15,569 bases of DNA from Vitrella brassicaformis CCMP3155. Taxonomy: Eukaryota; Protista; Chromerida. The position numbers and the translations under genes are program-made. The stretch is taken from the NCBI GenBank assembly GCA_001179505.1, contig CDMY01000849.1, positions 1-15,569 on the forward strand. The letters are read 5' to 3'. The notes beneath the pieces are model-generated. The model did not search any database. It was not told where the DNA came from and was given only the letters and a program-made list of their open reading frames with translations. Positions 7,501 to 15,569 of this stretch are shown here, one piece after another (position 1 is the stretch's first letter; each line of letters opens with the position of its first letter).

Positions 7501-10500
7501 CCATGAGTGAGGGGATGGCCTGCATCTGGATGGGGAAGGGCTGCTCGTACTCGCGCTTCTCTATCAGCTGCACACACACACACAGAGAGAGAGAGAGAGT
7601 AGGACAGAGGATGGTGGCTGTGGTGCAGTTGTGCTTGCCTTGAGTATCTTGTCAGGCAGGCCGCACTGGTAGAAAGTCCTGATCGGCCTGGGGTGGTGTT
7701 TGCCGCGCACCTGAAGACACACACGCAGGGCAGCCAGACAGAGAAGGGGGCAAGAGGATGAGCACATTAGTCGATGGAAATCCCATGCACCACAGCCATA
7801 GCAGCAGCACACCACACGGCAAGGCACAGGTAAGCAAAGCACTCATTGCAGTGAGTGCACCCACAGGCGGCCGGCCATCCACTCCACGCATCCACACATC
7901 CACGAGCACCGCACGCACAATGGCAAGCAAGGTAAGCAGTGTGTGTGTGCATATCGACTCATGGGATGGATCGGTCCCCATCCAACCCACGCCACGCACG
8001 CATCTCATCGCAACGCAACGCACCCTGCGAATCGCCAACAGCACACACACAGACACAGACAGACAGACAGACAGCCACACAATCGGTGCCCCGCCCTTCG
8101 AGTGGGTGTTACGTATGGATTGAATCAGTGGGAGGGGATGGGCACAGAGAAGGGGACAAACAAACCGCCGCCCGGGACCTGTGACACGGGGAGGGAGGGG
8201 GAGGGAGGGGCGCGGTGTGTCGCGTGCCGACCAGCCGATTGCCACGTAAAATGTCAACCCGCCCCACAGACACGGAACGGCAAAAACGCCACGCCCTGGC
8301 TGTCTGCCTGTCTGTCTGTCTGACTTTGTGCTGCGACGCCCTTTTGTCTTAATACCTTGATGTCACCGTGTGTCTTGCGGAGCGCCTCCACTTCGTGGTC
8401 CTTCATCAACGTGATCTCGCGAACTGAACAGACGAGACGTGACACAGAGAGGGGGGAGGGGAGGACAGCAATGGTCTCTGCCTGGTCTGCAGTGCAGCTC
8501 TCCTCCCTTGTTGTCTGTCCCCTTGACTGGCTGACCTTGTCTGTAGAGGTTTTTGCGGAATGGTGGGTACTCGATCTTCGAGTGGTCCACGGCAGGCAGC
8601 TCCTTCTTCGTCCCATGCTTCTGCACACACACACACACACACGCACCCCACACAGCATACAAACAGATGATGAAGTGTCCGTCCTCTCTCTCTCTCTCTG
8701 TGACCGAACCGAGCCGTACGTACCTCCAGCAGGTCGAAGTAGCTCTCCCGCTGCTCCTGCTCCTCCCTCTCGATGGCGTCCTCCAGAGGGTCCCGCTCCT
8801 CGTCACCAAAGATGCGCTGACCCTTCTTGACATCGGCATCAACTTTCACAAGAGCTGCAGCTGCAGCGGCGGCGGCGGCGGCAGCAGCAGCAGCAGGGGT
8901 GGGTGAGGGGGGCGTCGGGGTATCTGCCTTGGCAGCGGCAACGGCAGTGGAGTCGCCATTCTGCTTCTTCTTGGCGGCCTCGTCGGACTCTGATGCCACA
9001 CCCACAGAGAGAGAGAGACACACACACAAATCAGAGATGCTGTGGGGTCTGGTGTGTCTGTCTGTCCGGTTTGATACATATACATACCGTCTTTTTTCTT
9101 CATGGCTTCCATGAAGGCCTTGTAGAACTTGTCATCCTCCTCATCGTCCTCCTCCTCGGCCGGCAGAGGCCCCTCTGGCTGCTGCTGCTGGTGTGGCAGC
9201 TCCATCTTGACGTCCTCGAGCTTGGGGCCGCCGTCCACCTCCATCTTGACCACACCATCCTCGCCATCCTCGCCCTTGACCACACCTGACACACACACAG
9301 AATGCCAGACAGACAAAGGAACGAACGAAGATGGGTGCGGTTGCCGCGCTTCATCTGAGGCAGCAGGCACGCTGTCTGCCTGTCTGTCTGTCTGTCTGGC
9401 TGTGGGCTCAGCCTTTCGCCTTGTCTTCAGTACAAGCACTCAGTGACATACATACAGACAGACGCAAGGCGGATAAAAGCCTCCGTCTCTCTCACACATC
9501 ACAGCCAGCCGCAATAGCCTAGCCTGCCGACTCTCTCTTCCCCACCGCGGCATACCTTCTTCCCCACCGCCCTGGTCCACATCCATCTTGACGTCGGCCC
9601 CAGCCTCCTGGGCGCCGTCCACAGGCCCATTCAGCTGCTCAATCGGCCCGTTAGTCATCGGCACACCACCACCACCACCGCCACCGCCACCATTAGCAGC
9701 AGCAGCAGGATCGCTCGCTGCTGCTGGTGCGACAGGGGCCGTCTCATCTTGCTGTGTGGGCTGCGGTGTGGGTGAGGGTGCAGGTGTGGGGGGTTTGCTC
9801 TTGCTCTTGTCCTGCATCTCTTTGGCAGCCAGCAGCTGTATTTCCTCGAGGGTGATGGACTTCATGCGCGAGGCCTCCATGGCGGCGCCGACGCCGCCCT
9901 TCTCGAGTTTCTTCTTGCCGCGCTGCTCCTGCACCTTGACCTCCTTGTCGATGGACTGCATGAACGACTCCAGGGGATCGCTCTCGTCCACCGCCTTGGC
10001 AGCTGACTCCTTGACCACAGAATCCTTGTCTGATGACACGACAGACAGATGCACACACAAAGGGGCAGAGGGAATGCGCGATGGATGGTGCGTGTTGTCC
10101 TGTCTGTCTGTCTGGCTGGCTGGCTTGCTGACCAAGCTCGTTGGGTGTTTTGGTTTGGCTCATGATCTTCTTGATCTCCTGCTGCCGGTTCAGGTGCTCC
10201 TGCTCCTCGTCCACCTCCAGCGTGTCGTCCTGCCACGGCTTCAACGCCACACCACTCTCATCCTCCTCAACACCAGCACCCTCCTCCTTCTCAACCTCGC
10301 CCTCCTTCGATGAGTGAGGCTCCTCCTCACCCACAGCCTCACCAACACCCTCCTTGAGAGCCTCAACGGCGGCCTCCTGTGGCTTGGTCTCGCTCACTGC
10401 GGCCGCTGCTGGGGCTGCTTCGGGGGTTGGTGGTGCGGCTGCTGCTGCAGCGGCCTCCGCCTCTCTCTGTGCCTTGAGCTGTCTGAACTTCTCGAGGCGC

Positions 10501-11096
10501 TCACGCTTGAGGCGCTCCTTCCTCTCGTCCTCGTCCTCGTGCTTGGGAGGGACTGCCGTCGCGGCGCCAGCCTGCAGAGGGGCGGCGTGGTGGGCGTCGA
10601 TCAGCATGTCGTCATGGGCGTGGTTGTGTCTGTCTTTGGACTTGGAGCGGGTCTCGCCTCTGTCCCCTCTGTGTGTGTCGGCGCGCTGCCGTTTGCTCTC
10701 CCGCCTGTGGCCCTCACGCCGGTCGTAGCTATCGTGCTCGTCCATGGACGCCTCACCATCATGGTCGTCTCTGCCCCCCTCCTCCGATGAGCGTCTCTTG
10801 CGGTGGCGACGGTCGGAGCGGGAGTGTGAGTAGTCGTCATAGTCCCTGCTGCTGTCGTCCCGGTGACGCTTCCGCTCCTTCCTGTCCTTGTCCCGCCGAC
10901 GCTCCGACGAATGCCGGCCGCTGTCGTATCTGTCACGCGAATGCCGATCTAGCTCATCGTCGTGGTAGTGATGGCCATGGCCATCTCGCCTCTCTCTGTC
11001 GCGTGACTGGCGCCTGTCGTCATCGTAGCCGTCTTCGTATCTCCGGCTGCTGCTGCGATGTCGGTCATGTCTGTCGTATGAACGCTCGCGGCTCAT
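4582..11096 (-). CDS. DDX46: DEAD-box pre-mRNA splicing helicase DDX46/Prp5, ~1382 aa, 18 exons
   Basis: Exons 11096-10133, 10029-9556, 9285-9088, 8989-8724, 8620-8536, 8423-8356, 7710-7639, 7567-7376, 7275-7195, 7115-7031, 6950-6901, 6807-6729, 6634-6454, 6334-6151, 6074-5675, 5561-5035, 4913-4765 and 4675-4582; all phases are consistent (4149 nt). Motifs: RS/RD-rich N-terminus, Q motif [70 protein letters not shown] (KH-like region) and terminal GRYSVV. Confidence 0.96.
6649..6710. repeat. Perfect 19-bp inverted repeat inside DDX46 intron 12
   Basis: ACACAGACACACACACACA (6649-6667) is the exact reverse complement of TGTGTGTGTGTGTCTGTGT (6692-6710), with a 24-nt loop. Confidence 0.9.
7568..7638 (-). 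other. Non-canonical GC-AG intron (DDX46 intron 7, 71 nt)
   Basis: Donor AAG|GCAAGC and acceptor tgtgcag|CTG. Only this junction yields [22 protein letters not shown], which has the same spacing as the DDX46 pre-Q-motif segment. No suitable GT is nearby. Confidence 0.88.
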
Positions 11097-11278
11097 GCTG
11101 GAGGCGCGGCGCGATGTTTCTGCGTGGACTCTGCGAGCTTAGACTTGCGAGCTTCCGGTCGATGCAGCCAAGGAGAGAATTCAGAACGTTTGAGCGCCCA
11201 GCCGGGCTGCAGATGCAGCGTGTGTTGTAGTTTTGATCCGAACTTTGTTGAATCGTTGAGGTTGACGGCTGCTCCACG
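11097..11278. promoter_or_regulatory. Putative bidirectional promoter (DDX46 / CASP)
   Basis: 182 bp between divergent ATGs, with two copies of TGCGAGCTT at 11132-11140 and 11146-11154. Confidence 0.65.
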
Positions 11279-14200
11279 ATGGCAGAAGTGCAGGAGGCCC
11301 TGCAGAAGTGGTGAGGGGCATACACAGGGGTGGCGCACCACAGTGCCGGCATCTGAGCTGCCGACAGACATGAATCACCGGACGATCTCACACGTCGCAC
11401 ACGCTGCGCTGCATCGCTGGCTGGTTCTCTCTATGGGATGCGTGTGTGTGGTGCCTGCCGTGCCATCAGGGGTGAGATAAACCTGGCGCAGCGTCTGGCG
11501 GAGTACGGCCCGGTGGGTTTGGAGATCGAGAAGACCAAGAAGCAGAGCCTCGAGTCGCGCAAGAAGCTGGTGGAGGAGACCAAGGCATTCAAGAAACTCG
11601 AGGATGCTGACAAGGTGGCGCAGCTCGAGGGGCTGCTCAAGGCCTACCAGGGCGAGATCGATGCCGTCACCAAGAGGGCCAAAATGTGAGCACTACACTG
11701 AGCCGCCGGGAGCGAGCGGTGCATTCACTCATCCACTCACTCCTTCTGGATGTCTGTGTGCTTCATTCAGGGCTGAGTCCAACTTTCTACAGTTCTATCA
11801 GCTCCTCTACGAAGCACCAGGTCGGTCAGTCTGGACACCAGCAAGCCGACCACTCGGTCACGATGAATGGATCTTTTCTGTCTGCATCGCGTCAGATCCC
11901 GCCGACACGTTGAGGGCAGCCCAGTCGGCGCTCAAGTCCCAGGAGGCCATGAGCCAGCAGCAGGCCAGTGCTGACACGGGCCGTGTGCGTGAGCTGACGG
12001 AGAAGCTGCGGGCAGCCGAGTTGAAGTGCACCAAGATGCAGAAAGAGCTCAAGGTGAGTGAGGTGCATTTGGCCGGCCACACACAAAACACCAGAACGGA
12101 CGGACGGACGATGGCCGCAATGGAATCGCCATACATGTTTGGTGTGTGTGATGGGTGGTCCTTCCTTAGGACATGGAGGACGAGTTCAAGACGGTCAAGA
12201 ACCAGGAGGTCAAGGTGCGGCAGCTGGAGGGCAGGCTCGCCGAGGTCACCACCTACCACACCGAGCTGCTCGAGAAGGAGATACACCAGCGGGACGAGCA
12301 CTGGGCAAAGGCCATCGAACAGGTACAGGAAGCCAGACAGCCCCACAAAGCCGAGCTGTTAATTGCTGTGGGCCGTGTGTGTGCAGTTGAAGGGTGAGCA
12401 GGAGGGCGAGGTGGTTCGCCTGAGGTCCCAGATAGCCGAGCAGGAGCGCATGAAGACTTACATGGAGAGCGAAGTCGAGGAGGCAGAGCGACAACTGCTG
12501 CAGGTACGTCAGTCAGCACAGTGAGACAGACAGCTGAGGGAAGCTTGTGGATGCGGCACTTCCATCTCTTTCTCTCTCTCTCTGTGTGTGTGTGTGTGTG
12601 TGTGCAGGCCAAGCAGCGGCACGAGGAGGACTTGATGAACAAGCAGAGTGAGCTGGACACAGTGGCGGCCGAGTTGGAGCGCAAGACGCAGGACCTCGAG
12701 ACTCTCAAGGCACAGCAAAGCCAGCAGGACCAATCCAAAGTAAGCTAAGTGACCGACCATGTCCGGAGCCGCCCACTCCACTCATCCTGCCCCGCCGATA
12801 CCTGTCTGTCTGTGGTCATCTCATACATCAGGTCGAGTCTGTGATGCATTCCCTCAACGCCGCCCAGCACCGCATCAAGACTCTCGAGGCCGACCTGGAC
12901 AACACAAGGGCGGAGCTATACTCGACACATGAGAAGTCAGCTGGCCGTCAGTCGCACGACCTACCACGGTCAGCTTGTGCCGCGTGTTCTTGTTCACTGT
13001 TCAGGTCCCGCCAGCGTGAGGCCGACCTTCTACGTCAGCTGGAGGATATCTCTGGTGTGGTCCGCAAGCGGGATGAGGAGCTCGTGCAAGTGCGGGACGA
13101 ACTGCAGCGAAGACCGACGGTGGTGAGCAACTAACTGCAGCCAGCAGCCACACTGCCACTCACTCATCTGTGTGTGTGTGGTGTGTGTCAGGGTGAGGTG
13201 AGTGAGTTGCGCCAGAAGCTGAGGAACGCCGAGGTGGTGGAGCACGGTGACATCGACGGCGCCTCCACCGACCTCGAGAGACGACTACTGGAGAAACAGA
13301 AGCAGCTGGAGGGACAGCTCTCCAGGTACGCAGGCAGGCCACCTGGGCTCATCCATCCATCCATCCAATGTGTATGTGTGTGATGCTCACAGTTTCCGTG
13401 TCAAGTGCCACAGCCAGGAGGACACCATCAGTCACCTGACGCAGGAGAGCCGCTCCTTCCAGGAGCGCGTGGACGACCTGCAGCAGCTCGTCACCAGCCT
13501 GGAGAACCAGCTGTCCCAGGCACAGGCGCAGGGGGCAGCCGAGCCATCCACAGCCACTCTTGGAGGCATCAACCTCAACCTCACGCCACACACACCACCG
13601 GCATCGTCTGTGGCAGCATCTCTGCCTGTCGCTGGTCCTGCTGGTGACGGTGACAAAGCTGCCCTTGGTGCTGGTGGTGGTGGTGGGGGTGGAGGTGGGG
13701 CCGGGGTGGGCAGCGCTGCTGGGGCGGCCATGCCGTCCATGATGGAGATCGTCACCGCACAGAGGGACCGATTCAGACAGAAAGTGCTCGAGGTCGAACA
13801 GGTAAGTACTTAACGGAATGAATGAATGACACACACTAAATGAATGAGCGGGTCTGTCTGTCTGTCTGTCTGTCCGTCCGTCAGAGTCGCGACATGTGGA
13901 AGTCGTCCACCGAGCAGGAGCGTCTTCGTGCCGACAAGCTGCACTCAGACAACATCACCCTGGTCGAGAAGATCAAGTATCTCCAGAGCTGGCAGCCCAA
14001 ACAAGGACCCGGCGGCGGCAGAGGCGGCCGATCTCGCCCAGGCCGCGGCCCCGCTGCCGCTGCCGGCATCCAGCTGCAGAACTTTTTCGGCGGGGGCAAG
14101 ACAGCCATGGGTGAGAAGGACAGCCCACAGGCGGCTGATGACGTGGAGAGCCGCTACTCCTCGGCGTACGAGGCGTCAGTGGACCCGTTCACGTCGTTCC

Positions 14201-14403
14201 GTGAGCAGGAGAAGCTGCGGAAGGTGCAAGCACTGAGCTTCGGGGAGAGGGTGACGATTGGCGTGGGTGGGCTGCTGCTGTCCACACGCTTCACGCGGCT
14301 GGCGGCTCTGGGGTATGTGCTGTGTCTGCATGCGCTGGTGTTCGTCATGCTGTATCGCCTCACGCACCACAACTGCCCACCTGGTGGCCCGGCCAGTTTT
14401 TGA
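11279..14403 (+). CDS. CASP: Golgin CASP (CUX1-alternatively-spliced-product / yeast Coy1 family), ~713 aa, 12 exons
   Basis: Exons 11279-11310, 11470-11685, 11771-11820, 11896-12053, 12170-12322, 12387-12503, 12608-12739, 12832-12935, 13005-13122, 13192-13325, 13393-13801 and 13885-14403, all GT-AG and phase-consistent. Signatures: SRKKLVEETKAFKK, YQGEIDAVTKRAK, KNQEV, long coiled coil, IVTAQRDRFR, DNITLVEKIKYLQS, YE..VDPF..F, and a C-terminal TM anchor with the conserved Tyr and His (GYVLCLHALVFVMLY). Confidence 0.92.
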
Positions 14404-14753
14404 CCTTGCTGTGGATGCAGGCATTGAATTAGCCACTGACTGATTTATCCAATTCACCAGCTAGCTATTCTGCTGTTGAGTGCGTGGGGTGTGTGTGGTG
14501 ACTTACGTGATGCTGCGTGCCGTGCCGTGCCATGCTATGCCATGGTATGAAGGCGAATGGGACACTTGGGTGTGTGTGTGTGTAGCTTGTGTAGACACCG
14601 ACATATATGCAGCTTGATGGCTCCATAATTTTCATCCATTCTGTCGTTTCGTCTGAGAAGTCGTTGGGAATGTGATACGCAGCACCACCCCTCTCATCTC
14701 ATCTCGCCACTCATACGCAGACAGAAATCGAGACTCCCTCCCTCCCTCCCTCC

Positions 14754-15143
14754 CTAGACCTCATCGTTGGTCAGCAGCATGTTGGGGATGCCCTTGCTGA
14801 CGGGGTACTCCCTGTTGCAGTTTGGGCACACCAGCTTCCCCTCCAGTATGTGCACATCCATCACCACATCATGAACCGCCCTCAGGAAGTTCTCGTCCTT
14901 CTTGTCCTCCTCCGAGTAGCTCGGCGGCACACCAGGACTCAGATTCAGCTCCTGTGCGGTCTTGTACAGCGCCTCCCAGTCGAGCTTTGGCAGCAGGTGC
15001 TGGATGAACTCGGGTCTGAACTCGCTCTCCTCCACTGACTGGGCGTCCTTGTCGATGTCGGTGTCGAGGACGATGCGCAGGGGGAAGCCGCCCGTGCACT
15101 GCTTGCGGTTGCACATGAGCAGATTGTGGGTCAGCAGACGCAT
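14754..15143 (-). CDS. TRM112: Multifunctional methyltransferase activator subunit Trm112, 129 aa, intronless
   Basis: MRLLTHNLLMC N-terminus, FIQHLLPKLDW, EGKLVCPNC.REYPVSKGIPNMLL C-terminus. Confidence 0.97.
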   Translation of the reverse strand: MRLLTHNLLMCNRKQCTGGFPLRIVLDTDIDKDAQSVEESEFRPEFIQHLLPKLDWEALYKTAQELNLSPGVPPSYSEEDKKDENFLRAVHDVVMDVHILEGKLVCPNCNREYPVSKGIPNMLLTNDEV

Positions 15144-15289
15144 ACTGACTGATGCACCTGCCTTCGGGATCGATGATACTGGAGCAGATGAATCCGAGAT
15201 CAGGGAAAGGACGAGTCAGGTGACCGTGAGAGGCCCATGAATGCCTCAACGCGTTGATGGACGAACGGAGGGATCGCCATTCCACGGCT

Positions 15290-15298
15290 AAGCTCGCA
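15290..15298 (-). promoter_or_regulatory. Candidate upstream motif TGCGAGCTT before TRM112
   Basis: Same 9-mer as in the two divergent intergenic regions, 147 bp upstream of the TRM112 ATG. Confidence 0.4.
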
Positions 15299-15569
15299 CC
15301 GTGAGGAACTCCAATATCTCGGCAGTCTTTCGTGAGCTCTTCGGTGTCAAGCAAGGTGATGTGTTGGGTCCACTTCTGTTTTCCCTTTTTGTCGATGACT
15401 TGCCTGAGTACATTCGACAAGGTCACGCGAACCAACAGTCAAGTCCTCTCTTGCTCTTGCTTGATCTGATTGTGTTTTGTTTGCTGTATGCCGATGACTT
15501 GGCTCTCGTGCATTCAACGGCAGCTGGCTTACAGCGTAGTCTAGATCGTCTGTATGCATGGTGCACACT
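15292..15569 (+). mobile_element. 5'-truncated non-LTR retrotransposon (LINE-like) reverse transcriptase fragment, running off the right edge
   Basis: The frame is open from the TAA at 15289-15291 to the window end: ...ISAVFRELFGVKQGDVLGPLLFSLFVDDL...LLYADDLALVHSTAAGLQRSLDRLYAWCT. It contains RT motifs GxxQG..PLLF (from 15343) and YADD (15487-15498), followed by the typical LQ..LD.L..WC. Confidence 0.9.

Noticed and set aside
7711-8355. Intronic snoRNA as the reason for the long intron
   Set aside because: No box C (RUGAUGA) with a matching box D and terminal stem was visible. An H/ACA RNA cannot be excluded without an Infernal/snoReport search.
4819-10313. Long plus-strand ORFs opposite DDX46 (e.g. 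4819-5472, 5415-6005, 9588-10313)
   Set aside because: Shadow frames of GC3-rich exons that run into intronic microsatellites and encode no coherent protein.
9744-11096. 450-aa ORF as an independent SR-like gene
   Set aside because: It is exon 1 of DDX46 read into intron 1; the donor at 10132 splices in phase to the helicase exons.
873-14760. Repeat tracts as CRISPR-like or telomeric arrays
   Set aside because: They are simple 2-4 nt microsatellites in introns and UTRs, with no repeat-spacer structure or telomere unit.
14754-15143. TRM112 as a retrocopy made by the neighbouring LINE
   Set aside because: No poly(A) remnant or target-site duplication is visible, the ORF is intact, and it has the shared upstream motif. 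A short gene can simply lack introns.

Overview
Eukaryotic, GC-rich, intron-dense DNA whose introns are full of AC/GT, AG/CT and ACAG/CTGT microsatellites. The style resembles a chromerid alveolate such as Vitrella, but that is inference. Splicing by hand gives six genes on strictly alternating strands: (+) a 4-TM membrane protein of unknown family, (-) a small basic hypothetical protein, (+) ALG10 glucosyltransferase, (-) 18-exon DDX46/Prp5 helicase, (+) 12-exon golgin CASP, and (-) intronless TRM112. Both ends carry reading frames the ORF track misses. On the right is a 5'-truncated non-LTR retrotransposon reverse transcriptase (QG..P and YADD motifs). On the left is a Cys-rich ORF start that may belong to another retroelement. 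The best leads are a shared upstream 9-mer (TGCGAGCTT), and a long DDX46 intron that holds a candidate poison exon and duplicated anti-5'-splice-site motifs just before a GC-AG intron. Introns also carry polarised, partly self-complementary microsatellites. All gene models are manual predictions with no database or RNA support. I found no rRNA, tRNA or CRISPR.
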